A stretch of DNA of 64,000 bases from an uncultured Actinomycetota bacterium (GCA_963697675.1 CAVOOW010000003.1:267562-331561), one strand, 5' to 3'; counted from the first letter of the stretch, positions 22,699 through 33,351 are shown. Made by a program: numbers and translations. Notes: generated by a model from the sequence alone, not told the origin.

Positions 22699-22942
22699 AG
22701 GGACTCCTGACGTTCGCGGGGGACTCCGGTCGGTGATCGGTGGAGATCACTGGCTCGGCCCAAATGCTACTCGTCAGTAACAACGACGGCGAATCGCGCC
22801 GGTTACGCGCCCACTGGCGCGACCATGGACCGAGCGGTTCGCGGGTGCCCAGATTGACCAGTCGGCACGTTCAATTCTGTGCACGCGCATTGTCGTGATC
22901 TTGGGGAGGGCTGGCTCCCAGGGCTCGAAGTGGTCGCGCCGC

Positions 22943-24194
22943 TCACGGCACGGGGTGGCGGGCGTCGTAGCGCGCGAAGCCCCGGTAGCGCAGCCCCAGC
23001 AGCAGGACACCGATCATGCAGGCGCAGCCGCCGGCCACGATCGCGAAGGACTCGGTCGACAGTGAGGCGACCGATCCCGAGGTGAAGTCGCCGAGCCGCG
23101 GACCGCCGGCGACCACGACGATGAAGACGCCCTGCAGCCGGCCGCGCATCGCGTCCGGCGTCGCCACCTGCAGGATCGTGTTGCGATAGACCGAGCTGAC
23201 GATGTCGGCGGCGCCGGACAGCGCGAGCAGGGCCACACCGATCCACAGCACGTTGGTCAGCCCGAGGCCGGCGATGGAGGCGCCGTAGATGATCACGCAG
23301 ATCATCACGGCCAGCCCCTGCCGGCGGACGCGCCCCACCCAGCCCGAGGCTGCGAAGGCCAGCAGTGCGCCCATCGCCGGAGACGCGGCGAGCAGGCCGA
23401 CCGTGCGGGTGCCGCCGCCGTAGAACGAGATCGCGATGGCCGGGAACAGGGCACGCGGCTGGGCCAGGATCATCGCGCACATGTCGACGAGGAAGGTCAT
23501 CAGCACGTTGGGCCGGGTGCGCAGATAGCGCAGCCCTTCGAGCACTGAGGCCAGCCCGGCCCGCCGCACCTCGCCCAGCGGCGGGACCGGTGGCAGGCGC
23601 CACAGCGCGTAGAGCGCGGCCGTGAACGTCACGCAGTCGATCGTGTACGCGGCCGCCGGGACCCTTCCAGCCATAGACCACGCCGCCCAGCAACGGGCCG
23701 ACCGTGAAGCCGAGGTTCATCGAGGCCGCCGACAGGGCGTTGGCCGCGGGCAGCATCTCGGGCGGCAGCAGCCGGGGGATGATCGCCGACCGTGCGGGAC
23801 TGTTGACCGCGAAGCACGCCGCCTGCACGGCCACGATGGCGTAGAGGAGCGCGACCGAGTCGACGTGCAGGAAGGCCTGCAGGGCGAGCGCGATCGAGAG
23901 CACCCACAAGCCGGTCGACGAGAGGAGGCTGAGCTTGCGGCGGTCGAACGCGTCCGCGATCGCGCCGCCATAGAGCCCGAAGCCGACGAGCGGCACGAAG
24001 GCGAACAGCCCGACCAGGCCGACGGAGAAGCTCGACTCGGTCAGTGCGTAGACCTGGATCGCCACGGCGACAGCGGTCATCTGCTGGCCCAGCTGGCTCA
24101 CGGTGCTGCCGAACCACAGGCGCCGATAGTCCGCCGATGACTGGAGCGGCGTGATGTCGGTCAGCACTGCGCGAACGAGGGACCGGCGGCTCAC
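22943..24194 (-). pseudogene. MFS transporter, frameshifted near 23655
   Basis: The N-terminal six TM helices (YRRLWFGSTVSQLG…) are in one frame and the C-terminal six TM helices in another. Start placed at GTG 24194. Confidence 0.7.
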
Positions 24195-24961
24195 GTATCC
24201 CACCAGAGGACGACCGACGGCCGCCCTTGCGGTGGGTGCTCGGCGAGGTAGGCGGCGATCTCCGGCTCTCGTTCCACCGGCACGCACAACCTGCGGCGGG
24301 TGAAGCCGACGTACGTGGCGAGGGTCGGGCCCTCGAGGACGTTGGCCGGTCGCACCCACTCGTGCCGCGACGGCTCGATGCCCTCTTCACGCAGCACCTC
24401 GACGGCGAGGTCGGCTGTCGGGCCGGCCGGCCGCGGCTGGTGATGGATGCGCTGCCACAACGGCCCCAGGTCGACCCAGGGGTGGACGGTGTTCAGCTCG
24501 ACGACGACCCGCTTGCCCGCGTGCGCGGACAGGGCGAGCGCGAACGGCCCGAGCTCGGAGACGTTGTAGAAGACATGCGAGCACACGACGACGTCGCAGG
24601 CGGGCACCCGGTCTGCGACGTCGGGCCAGCGTCCGTCGATGCGCGTGACCCGCAGATCTCGTTGCCGGGCAACGGCTTCTAGCGCATCCAGCATCGTTGC
24701 CTGGGTGTCGACGGCAATGATGTGCCGTGCCGGGGGAGCGAGCGGGAGGCTCGCCGCCCCCGCTCCGCAGCCGACGTCGAGCAGCGACGCGCGGTCGTCC
24801 ATGACCTCGCGCGCCCGGTCCAGCAGTGGAGACGGTGCGGCGCCGTCGGCCCGGAACAGCTCGGGCGGGAAGGTGTACGGAGACTCGGGCGCCGCGGCGA
24901 GGATCTGCGGATCGATCGTCCAGGCGGCCAGCTCCTCGGCCCACTGCTCTGCCGCCGTCAC
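24191..24961 (-). CDS. class I SAM-dependent methyltransferase
   Basis: Carries an LLDVGCGAGAASL motif. It shares GTGA overlaps with the neighbouring genes on both sides. Confidence 0.7.
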   Translation of the reverse strand: MTAAEQWAEELAAWTIDPQILAAAPESPYTFPPELFRADGAAPSPLLDRAREVMDDRASLLDVGCGAGAASLPLAPPARHIIAVDTQATMLDALEAVARQRDLRVTRIDGRWPDVADRVPACDVVVCSHVFYNVSELGPFALALSAHAGKRVVVELNTVHPWVDLGPLWQRIHHQPRPAGPTADLAVEVLREEGIEPSRHEWVRPANVLEGPTLATYVGFTRRRLCVPVEREPEIAAYLAEHPPQGRPSVVLWWDT

Positions 24962-25662
24962 GCCGCTCCCTCGCCGACGTTCTTGAGCGCCTCGCGGCGT
25001 GAGAGGGGACTGAGCCGGTCCTCGTGACGCCGGACGTAGTCCTGCACCCAGGCCGGGTCGGTCCAGGCGTGCTGGCGCAGCGCCCAGCCGATCGCCTTGC
25101 GGATGAAGAACTCGCGGTCGCCGAGGTTGGGCTCGATGCAGGTGGTCAGCAGGTCGAGGTCGATGGACTCGTGGGCGCCGAGCTGACAGATGATCGACGT
25201 GCGGCGCAGCCACATGTCCGGGTCGGTGGACCAGGCGACGATCGTGGGGCGGACTTCCTCGTGATGCGACCGCAGGATCGGTCCGACGCGATGCGACGCG
25301 AGCGTGTCGACGAAGTCCCACCAGGCGCCGGTGACGATCAGCTCGCGGTAGAGCTCGAGGGATGCCGGATCCTGATAGGCGAGATAGTGCCGATGGCCGG
25401 CCAGCGCCAGAGCCGCGTACCGCTCCTCGCGGTGTGTCGCGTCGTGCCAGAGCGCGCGCACGGTGGCCAGCCACGACTCGCGGTCTGCGACGGGATGGTC
25501 GCGCAGCACCCGCACGAAGACGCGCTTGGTGACCGGCGCCGGCACGCCGTAGTAGGGCATCGCCGACTTCATGTACGCCTGCATCGCGGGGGCCTTGGCC
25601 GGGTCGGCGACCTCGCGCAGCGACCGCCGGACGTCCTCGATCAGATCTTGGTCCGCCGGCAC
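24958..25662 (-). CDS. DNA alkylation repair enzyme (AlkD/AlkC-like HEAT-repeat glycosylase family)
   Basis: A 234-aa protein with the family's conserved WWDFVD and LGDREFFIRKAIGWALR segments. Confidence 0.75.
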   Translation of the reverse strand: MPADQDLIEDVRRSLREVADPAKAPAMQAYMKSAMPYYGVPAPVTKRVFVRVLRDHPVADRESWLATVRALWHDATHREERYAALALAGHRHYLAYQDPASLELYRELIVTGAWWDFVDTLASHRVGPILRSHHEEVRPTIVAWSTDPDMWLRRTSIICQLGAHESIDLDLLTTCIEPNLGDREFFIRKAIGWALRQHAWTDPAWVQDYVRRHEDRLSPLSRREALKNVGEGAA

Positions 25663-25715
25663 CGGATCACCGTACCTAGGCGATCATCGCTGCCCAGACG
25701 TCGGCTTGCTGTCGG

Positions 25716-25761
25716 GCATGCGCGATTCGCTGGGGCTAGGGCCCCGGTAATTCGCGCATGC
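25716..25761. repeat. 46-bp REP-like palindromic element, copy 1 (GCATGCGCGATTCGC…GCGAATCGCGCATGC termini)
   Basis: The termini are perfect inverted repeats with a GGGCCC core. The sequence is GCATGCGCGATTCGCTGGGGCTAGGGCCCCGGTAATTCGCGCATGC. Confidence 0.55.
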
Positions 25762-25810
25762 TCCAGCTTGTCGGTCGGATGCTCCATCTCGCCGGTCGGC
25801 TTGCTGTCGG

Positions 25811-25856
25811 GCATGCGCGATTCGCTGGGGCTAGGGCCCCGGTAATTCGCGCATGC
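25811..25856. repeat. 46-bp REP-like palindromic element, copy 2 (inside the second 95-bp unit)
   Basis: Identical to copy 1. Confidence 0.55.
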
Positions 25857-25903
25857 TCCATCTTGTCGGTCGGATGCTCCATCTCGCCGGTCGGCGGCTC
25901 GGC

Positions 25904-27176
25904 TTACGCCGGGGTGAACAGCGTGTCGCCCCAGTAACCGTCGGCGCGCACTCCGGGGGGACACGCCCAGATCCCGGAACCGGTGTGGCGGAGGTACTCC
26001 ATCATCGCGTCCGCGCGGGAGAGTGCGAGCTGCACCGGCACGAAGGCAGTGCGCGGATCGCGCTGGTAGGCGAGGAAGAACAGGCCTGCGTCGAGGTGGC
26101 CGAACCCGTCGGCGCCGTCGACGAAGTTGAACCCGCGCCGCAACATCTTCACTCCGCCGAACTGTGACGGGTGCGCCAACCTGACGTGCGAGTCGACGGG
26201 GAGCCGGTCGGGATGGATGGGGTCGTGCTCGTGCTTCTGACCGAGCGGGGCACCTACGGCTTTGGTGCGGCCGACGATCTGCTCCTGGTCGAACAGCGAG
26301 CCGCGGTCCCAGGTCTCGACGGTCATCCGGATGCGCCGGCTGACGAGATAGGACCCACCGGTCATCCAGCTCGCGGTGACCGCGTCGTCGCCGCGAGCGG
26401 CCCAGACGTGCTTGGCCAGCGCCTTGGAGTTGTGGCCCTGGCACATTGGCAGTGCCGTCCTTGAAGCCGAACAGGTTGCGCGGTGTCGGGCTGCTCGTGT
26501 CGGTCGAGGACGCCTTGCCGAAGCCCAGCTGGGCCCATCGCACGGCTGCCCGACCGGCGGCGATCCGGCTGAGGTTGCGGATCGCGTGGACCGCGACCTG
26601 TGGGTCGTCGGCGCAGGCCTGGATCGCGATGTCGCCGCCGCAGCGGGCGGGGTCGAGCGTGTCGCCGGGAAACTTCGGCAGGTCGACGAGCGCAGCCGGG
26701 CGCTGGGCTCGAAGGCCGAACCGGTCGTCGAACAGCGCAGGACCGAACCCGACCGTCAACGTCAGCCGGGACGCGCTCAGCCCGCGCGCCTCACCGGTGT
26801 CGGTCGGCGGCGCGAGGTTTCCACCAGGTGGCGGCCCGGGGCCGCCGACCCGGATCCCGGCCGTCATCTCGCGCGCCGCCACAGTCCAGTCCTTGAGCAG
26901 GCTGACGACGTCGGCGCGATCCGTTGCGACCACGTCGAAGGCGGCGAAGTGCAGGTTGGCCTGCACGGCGGTCGCTATGCCGGCCTGGTGACGTCCGTCG
27001 AAGGGCACGACGTCGACGACCGGGGTAGCCGTCCTGGGCGAGTCTGACGCGATCGCACCGGTGACGCTGGCGCCGACACCGACCGCGCCCAGCCCGGCGA
27101 GGGACAGGAGCGTGCGGCGGCTCGGCCCCCGCCGGTCCTGCCGGGCGGGAGGTTGGCCAGTCGTCGAATCGGTCAT
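25904..27176 (-). pseudogene. efeB: Dyp-type peroxidase EfeB (Tat-secreted), frameshifted near 26445
   Basis: A twin-arginine signal (SRRTLLSLAGLGAVGVGA) and the N-terminal two-thirds through FGFKDGTAN are in one frame. The C-terminal third (…HVWAARGDD…FFLAYQRD…) is in another. Confidence 0.8.
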
Positions 27177-28307
27177 CCGGTGGCTGCCGCCGTCAGCTTC
27201 GAGAGGGGCTCGGACAGGGCGTCGACCACGCGGGAGAGCTCGCGGCGCTGGGCCTCGTCGACCGTGTCGTACGACACAAAGCCGTCGCCCTGCTTGTACT
27301 TGTCGAGCGCGGTCTGCACGTTGGCGAACTCCGTCTCGAGCAGGGTCACCAGTGCGTCGTCGACGATGAGCGGCTTGAGCACCTCGAACGCCTTGTTCGC
27401 TCCGTCGACGTTGGCCTGGAAGTCGGACAGGTCGGTGTGGGAGAAGATGTCCTCCTCACCGCTGATCTTGCCGGTCGCGACCTCGTCGAGCAGTTCCTTC
27501 GCGCCGTTGCCGATGGACGCGACTGTCATCTCCACCGTCGGCACCTTCGACTGCAGCTCGCGGACGTCCTTGGCGAGCTGGGTGGCGATCGGTCCCATGC
27601 CCTTCGTCGAGTTCTTGACCCAGAGCTCCTTCTCGATGCGGTGCCAGCCGGTCCAGTCCTGGCCGGTCTCGAGGTCCGCCTCGCGCAGGTCGACGCGGGG
27701 GTCGAGGTCGCCGAAGCCTCTCGGCGACCGGCTCGATGCTCTCCCAGCCGAAGCGGGATTTCGCGAACAGCGACTTTGCCTTCGCGACGTCACCGGTGTT
27801 GACGGCAGCCACGAACTCATCCACTACTGGCATGTACGAGTCGACCTGCGACTGCACGTAAGCACGGTAGTCGTCGACCGCCTCCTTGGCCTGCGGGTTG
27901 ACGCTCGTACCACCCGTGCCGGTGACCTTGATCGTCGTGCGGATGCCGTCACCGGTCATGCCGGGTTTGCAGGCGACCTGGTAGCTGCCGGCCTTCAGCG
28001 ACGACGTGAGCTTGTAGGACGTCCCGGGTCCGATGTTCTCCTTCTCGGTCACGATGCGCTTGCCCTCGTAGATGTAGACCTCGGTCACCTTGTTGCCGTT
28101 GTTCTTGACGGCGAGGTGCACGGTGCCTGCGTCGAAGGCCGTCTTGTCGAGCTTGCAGCTCGTGTCGGTCGCGTTGATGTTCACGGTGTTCTCGGCCGAG
28201 CTGCCCGTGCCTTGCCCTGCGCTCGACCCGCCACAGGCCGTCAGGGTGGCGGCGGCCAGCAGCGCAGCGGCGGGCAGGGCTGCGGGTCGCAGTCGGGACG
28301 AGGGCAT
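27173..28307 (-). pseudogene. efeO: iron uptake system component EfeO (cupredoxin plus imelysin-like domains; lipoprotein), frameshifted near 27715
   Basis: A lipobox (LTAC) and the N-terminal part through …FGWESIEPVAER are in one frame. The remainder (FGDLDPRVDL…GWHRIEKELW…) is in another, with an apparent extra C. Confidence 0.8.
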
Positions 28308-28343
28308 GCGGGATCTCCGTGACGTCGGACAGGCGGGACGGGG

Positions 28344-29209
28344 CTAGCGGGACTGGGTGGAGGACGCGGAAGTTGGGGCCGCAGGGGCGGTCGTCGCCGG
28401 GGCGGCCGGTGTGCGGGCGGGTCGGAAGAACAGGAACATCACGGGGATGACGTAGCAGAGCCAGGCGATGGCCTCGAGCCACGTGGTTTGCGGGCTGAAG
28501 TTGAAGACGCCCTTGAGCAACGTTCCGTACCAGCTGTCGGGCGGCACGGCCCCCGACACGTCGAAGGCGAGGTTGTTGAGCCCGGGCAGGGTGCCGGCTT
28601 CCTGCAGGTCGTGGATGCCGTAGGCGAACACGCCACCCGCGACGATGATCAGTCCGGCGCCCGTCCAGGTGAAGAACTTGGCCAGGTTGATCGTGATGGC
28701 GCGGCGGTAGAGCAGCCAGCCGAGCAGGATGGCCGAGGCGATGCCCAGTGTCGCGCCGACGATCGGGGGTCCAGCCCGAGCCGGCAGCCTGCGCCGCGGC
28801 CCAGATGAACAGCGAGGTCTCGAGGCCCTCGCGACCGACCGCCAGGAAGGCCGTCAGGGCCAGGGCCAACGACCCCATGGCCAGCGCGGCTTCCATCCGT
28901 CCTTCCAGCTCGCGCTTGAGGAAGCGTGCGGTGCGCCGCATCCAGAAGACCATCCAGGTGACGAATGCCACGGCGATGATCGACAGGGTGCCGCCGAAGC
29001 GCTCCTGGGCCTCGAAGCTCAGGTTGCTCGAGGTGAACGTAAGCACCGCGCCGAACGCGAGGCTGAGCGCGACCGCCGCGAGCACGCCGATCCACGACCG
29101 CGCGCAACCGGGACCGGTTGTCGGTCTTGACCAGGTAGGCGATGAGAATGCTGACGACCAGCGTCGCCTCGAGGCCCTCCCGCAGACCGATCAGGTAGTT
29201 CGCGAGCAC
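28344..29209 (-). pseudogene. efeU: FTR1/EfeU-family high-affinity iron permease, two frameshifts near 29100 and 28745
   Basis: Three frame pieces. The first REGLE motif is in piece 1, the second in piece 2, and the C-terminus in piece 3. The second frameshift is at a GGGGG run. Confidence 0.8.
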
Positions 29210-29236
29210 GCTGTCCGGTCCCTTCGACGCATCCTG

Positions 29237-29255
29237 CTTAGGTAATGCTTACCTA
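29237..29255. promoter_or_regulatory. IdeR/DtxR iron box (TTAGGTAATGCTTACCTAA) upstream of efeUOB
   Basis: It matches the 19-bp consensus TTAGGTTAGGCTAACCTAA at 15 of 19 positions. It sits in a perfect 11+11 palindrome, TGCTTAGGTAA / TTACCTAAGCA, 27 bp upstream of the efeU GTG. Confidence 0.55.
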
Positions 29256-29402
29256 AGCAGACGTCGGCCGACCCCGCAACGCCCACCCCGCGCCGCTCGG
29301 GAATCGACCACGTTCAGCAGGGGTACGGACGGTTCGCAAGGCGTGCAGGCTTGCGAAGCGTGCCGCCGGCACGCTGAACGTGGTCGATTCCGGAGGCGCC
29401 GG

Positions 29403-30776
29403 TCAGGGGCTCGCGGGGGGTTCGGGATCGGGGGTCACGGGTTCCTCGGGCTCCGCGGCGGGGGGCTCGAGGAGAGCGGCAGCGATCGGGGCGGCGGTCA
29501 GCGCCACCTGCCACGGGCGGGCACCGTGGCCCCGCAGCGCCTCGCCGATCGTGGCAGCGTCCACCGGCTCGGGGGGTTCCCACATCACGCGGCGCAGCAT
29601 GTCGGGGGAGAGCAGGTTCTCGACGGGCAGGTGATTGCGCTCGGCGATCGCGACCACTGTCGTGCGGGCGGCGGACAGCCGGGCCGCCGCGGCGGGGTCG
29701 CGCTCCGCCCAGCTGCGCGCGGGCGGTGGCCCTTCATGGCGGGCCTTGACCTCGGGAAGGGCGGAGTCGGGCAGCGCAATTGCCGACAGGATCGCGGGCA
29801 GCCAGGTGGGGCCCTGCCGGCGCAGCGACCGGCCGCCCCACAGCGGGAGCTTCACGAGCTCCACCTCGGTCGTCGGGCCCGCCAGCGCCGCCTCGACGAT
29901 CGCCAGGTCGGGCAGCACCCGTCCGGGGGAGATGTCTCGCTGCTGGGCGAGCTCGTCGCGCCGCTCCCAGAGCGCGCGGACGACGGCGAGGTCGCGGCGT
30001 CGACGTACCCGGTGCATTCCCGAGGTACGTCGCCAGGGCTCGACGCGCGGCGGGGCGGGCTGGGCGGCGACGATCGCCGCGAACTCCTCCTCGGCCCACC
30101 CCCGCTTGCCGCTCTCGTCGAGCTGGGCGGCCAGGAAGTCGCGCAGCTCCACGAGGACCTCGACGTCGAGCGCCGCGTAGCGGATCCAGGGTTCGGGCAG
30201 TGGGCGGGTCGACCAGTCGGCGGCCGAGTGGCCCTTCTCGAGGGTGAGACCGAGCACCTCCTCGACGATGGACCCGAGCCCGACCTTCGCGTAGCCCAGC
30301 AGCCGCCCGGCCAGCTCGGTGTCGAAGACGCGGGTCGCGTGCAGGCCGACCTCGGCCAGGCACGGCAGGTCCTGCGAGGCGGCGTGCAGCACCCACTCGT
30401 CGTCGGCGATGACGGCGCCGAGCGTGCTGAGGTCCGGCAGGTAGACGGGGTCGAAGAGCATCGTTCCGACGTCTTCCCGGCGCAGCTGCACGAGGTAGGC
30501 CCGCTGGCCGTAGCGGTAGCCGGAGGCCCGCTCCGCGTCGATGGCGATAGGCAGTCGCACGCCCCCGTCGCCGTCGGCGCGCAGGGCGGCCACCGCGGCG
30601 GCCAGCTCGTCGGCTGTCGTCAAAGGAGTGGGTACGCCGTCGCGTGGCTGGGTCAGCGGAACGGGTGCGGGTGCGTCGTCGGGGCCAGCGCCGGACGGGT
30701 TCTCACCGTCGGCCAGCTCTGTCGTCGCGTTTTCCACGTGTGTCACCGTACGGCGTCGTGGCGCGCTCGCGCGCAT
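29403..30776 (-). CDS. rnd: ribonuclease D (3'-5' exonuclease plus HRDC domain)
   Basis: An intact 457-aa protein with DEDDy exonuclease motifs and a C-terminal HRDC domain. Confidence 0.85.
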   Translation of the reverse strand: MRASAPRRRTVTHVENATTELADGENPSGAGPDDAPAPVPLTQPRDGVPTPLTTADELAAAVAALRADGDGGVRLPIAIDAERASGYRYGQRAYLVQLRREDVGTMLFDPVYLPDLSTLGAVIADDEWVLHAASQDLPCLAEVGLHATRVFDTELAGRLLGYAKVGLGSIVEEVLGLTLEKGHSAADWSTRPLPEPWIRYAALDVEVLVELRDFLAAQLDESGKRGWAEEEFAAIVAAQPAPPRVEPWRRTSGMHRVRRRRDLAVVRALWERRDELAQQRDISPGRVLPDLAIVEAALAGPTTEVELVKLPLWGGRSLRRQGPTWLPAILSAIALPDSALPEVKARHEGPPPARSWAERDPAAAARLSAARTTVVAIAERNHLPVENLLSPDMLRRVMWEPPEPVDAATIGEALRGHGARPWQVALTAAPIAAALLEPPAAEPEEPVTPDPEPPASP

Positions 30777-30815
30777 GCGCCCGCGCGCGCCGCCGTACAG
30801 CAGATGGTTGGAAAG

Positions 30816-31457
30816 TTAGACCACGACGCCGGCGCGCATCGCGACCACGACCATCTCGGCCCGGTCGCCGGTGCCCAGCTTTCGGGCGATGCGCGCCAGG
30901 TGGCTCTTCACGGTCAGCGCGGACAGGCCCAGCGCCTCGCCGATGTCCTTGTTCGAGCGCCCGTCCGACACGAGCTGCAGCACCTCGACCTCGCGGCCGG
31001 AGAGGCCCTCGGCGCCGCTCACGCGGACACCGCGGGCGCGTCCCTGGCCCTGGAGGTTGTTGCCGTGGGCGCCGCGGGCGGTCGTGGCAGAGGGGGTGAC
31101 GAGGAACGCGCGCACGCCGGCGGCCAGCGCGGCGCGGACGGTGTAGGGGTCTTCGGCAGAGGACAGGACCAGGCCGCGTGTCCAGCCGAGCGCGCGAAGC
31201 TCGCCCATCAGCGCGATGCCCGAGCCGTCGGGCAGTGTTCCGTCGACGACGACCAGGTCACGAGCCACGCTGCCGCGGCCGCGTACGCGCGCCTCAGCCA
31301 GGCTGCCTGCCTCCACGACCTCGACCGCTCCGAGACCGCGCAGGGCCCGCGCGAGCGTTTCGCGCATGAACGGAGTCGCAACGACCACCATGGCGGTGAA
31401 GCGCCCAGCTCGTTGTGGCTGCTGCGCCAGACCATGGCGCTCGACCAGTGCGGTCAC
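30816..31457 (-). CDS. LuxR-family response regulator (orphan; no adjacent kinase)
   Basis: A REC-like N-terminus (DLVVVDGTLPDGSG) and a LuxR HTH (LSGREVEVLQLVSDGRSNKDIGEALGLSALTVKSHL). Confidence 0.7.
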   Translation of the reverse strand: MTALVERHGLAQQPQRAGRFTAMVVVATPFMRETLARALRGLGAVEVVEAGSLAEARVRGRGSVARDLVVVDGTLPDGSGIALMGELRALGWTRGLVLSSAEDPYTVRAALAAGVRAFLVTPSATTARGAHGNNLQGQGRARGVRVSGAEGLSGREVEVLQLVSDGRSNKDIGEALGLSALTVKSHLARIARKLGTGDRAEMVVVAMRAGVVV

Positions 31458-31527
31458 TGGGGCTCCTGAACGTGGTGGACGGCTGTCCTCACATCCATCG
31501 GCCGCAGCGGCCCGGTTCTGAAGCGCC

Positions 31528-32118
31528 TTAGCGGGTACCGGGACCGCGGCGCGGCAGCATGACCACGCCTGGCGCGACAGGCGGGAGCCCGGCGGTCGTG
31601 CAGAGCAGGTCGCACCAGGCCAGCAGGTGCCGCTCGTACCTGTCGTCGAGCGGGGTCCAGGACGCCCGGATCTCGATCTGCGCCGACGCGTTGTCCTCGG
31701 CGATGGCGCCGAAGCTTTCCGACGACACGCGGGTCACCGTGCCGCTCGCCGCGGCGAACGTCGCGTTGTGCCCGTCCAGGGCCTCGGTCAGCCAGGCCCA
31801 GCCGACGCCCGCCAGCAGCGGGTCGATCGCCATCTCGGGCTCGAGGTCGGCGCGCACGTAGGTGACGACCCGGAACGTCCCGGCCCACGCCTCGTGGCCG
31901 ACCGGGTCGTGCAGCAGCACGAAACGCCCGGTCGCCAGCTCCTCGTCGTCACCGGGGATGGTGACGTCGGCCGTGAGCGCGACGGCGTGCGGGGCGAGGC
32001 GCTGCGGGGCCGGAGTCTCCTCGAGCACGACCTCCGGGCGCGGGGAGGCGGTGCGCAGCGCAGCGAGCGCCCGGCGAAACTCCTCCGGCGCATCCGCAGC
32101 CTCACGGCGGGCGACCAT
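31528..32118 (-). CDS. DUF3000 domain-containing protein
   Basis: A protein of about 196 aa starting MVARREAADAPEEFRRAL. This is the family usually found next to rnd in mycolate actinobacteria. Confidence 0.6.
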   Translation of the reverse strand: MVARREAADAPEEFRRALAALRTASPRPEVVLEETPAPQRLAPHAVALTADVTIPGDDEELATGRFVLLHDPVGHEAWAGTFRVVTYVRADLEPEMAIDPLLAGVGWAWLTEALDGHNATFAAASGTVTRVSSESFGAIAEDNASAQIEIRASWTPLDDRYERHLLAWCDLLCTTAGLPPVAPGVVMLPRRGPGTR

Positions 32119-32196
32119 GTTCGAGAGGGTACGTCGATGACGGTGCGGCGGGAGGGAGGTGCGCCACGGCGCGCCGACTGCCCCTAGCCTCACCCT

Positions 32197-33052
32197 GTGT
32201 CCGCCGTGCTCGCCCTGCTGTCCAGCCTGCTCTGGGGCAGCGCCGACTTCTTCGGCGGCATCATGTCGCGCCGCCTGCCGGCCGTGCTCGTGGTCGCCGC
32301 CTCCCAGTTCGCCGGTCTCGTAGGGATCGCGGTCGTGGCTGTCGCGGCCGGCGCGCTCGACTCCCCGACGGGGTATGTGCGCGTGGGCGATCGCGGCAGG
32401 GCTCACCGGAGTCATCGGACTCGTCGCGTTCTACGCCGCGCTGGCCTCGGGGACGATGGGGGTCGTCTCCCCGATCGCGGCGCTGGGCGTCGTCGTACCC
32501 GTCGTCGTCGGTATCGCCCAGGGCGAGCGGCCTGGCACGGCGCAGGTGGTCGGCATCGTCGTCGCCATCGCGGGCGTCGTGCTCGCCAGCGGACCTGAGC
32601 TGTCCGGGCGCGCCGGTGCGCGACCACTTGTGCTGGCGGTCGTGGCGGCTCTCGGCTTCGGTGGCGCGCTGCTGTCCATCGCCAAGGGCAGCCGTGACAG
32701 CACGATCATGACGCTGTTCACCATGCGCGTCACGTCGGTCTCGGTGCTCGGTGTCGCGCTGGTGGTGCTCGCCGTCCGTGCCCGACGCGCCGGTGCAGCG
32801 CGCGGGCCGCGGCTCGACGTACGCGACGTCGCCTTCCTGGCCCTGATCGGCCTGGGTGACGCGGCGGCGAACCTGACCTTCGGGTGGGCGAGTACGCGCG
32901 GGCTGGTCAGCGTCGTGGCGGTGCTCGGCTCGCTCTATCCCGTCGTGACCGTGCTGCTGGCCTGGGTCCTGCTGCACGAGCGGCTCGGCCGCCTGCAGAC
33001 GCTCGGTGTGGCGGGCGCCCTGGCCGGTGTCGTCCTGATCGGCGCCGGCTGA
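32197..33052 (+). pseudogene. EamA/DMT-family transporter, frameshifted near 32385
   Basis: The first two TM helices (LWGSADFFGG…) are in one frame and the remaining eight in another. The junction is at CCCC/GGGG runs. Confidence 0.7.
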
Positions 33053-33065
33053 CCCCGTCGACCCT

Positions 33066-33280
33066 TCAAAGTCGATCATGCACAAACGGACAAGCCCCAC
33101 CATCGCCGCAGGTCGCCGCCCTGCAATTCGAAGTCGATCATGCAGTTCCGACATGGCTTGAATCGCTGCAGGTGAGCAGCCAGGAAACTCAATGTGTCGG
33201 TTACTGCATGATCGATTTGGGGTTTTGAGGCGCTGACCTGCGGCGATATGACGGTGTGTCGGTTACTGCATGATCGACTT
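33066..33280. repeat. MITE-like inverted-duplication element carrying four copies of TCGATCATGCA
   Basis: Direct copies at 33072 and 33134 and inverted copies at 33205 and 33267. Both pairs have 62-bp spacing. The outer 15 bp, AAAGTCGATCATGCA / TGCATGATCGACTTT, form terminal inverted repeats. Confidence 0.5.
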
Positions 33281-33351
33281 TGAAGATGGGGGGTGTGGGG
33301 CCGGTTCGTACCCGCTCGGCTGCGTCGTGCGACGATCTGGCGTGACCTCCC

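Larger units (their letters stand above)
25701..25890. repeat. 95-bp tandem duplication (two copies with one mismatch; a diverged third copy begins at 25891)
   Basis: Copy 1 is 25701-25795 and copy 2 is 25796-25890. Each contains the 46-bp palindromic element. Confidence 0.8.
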
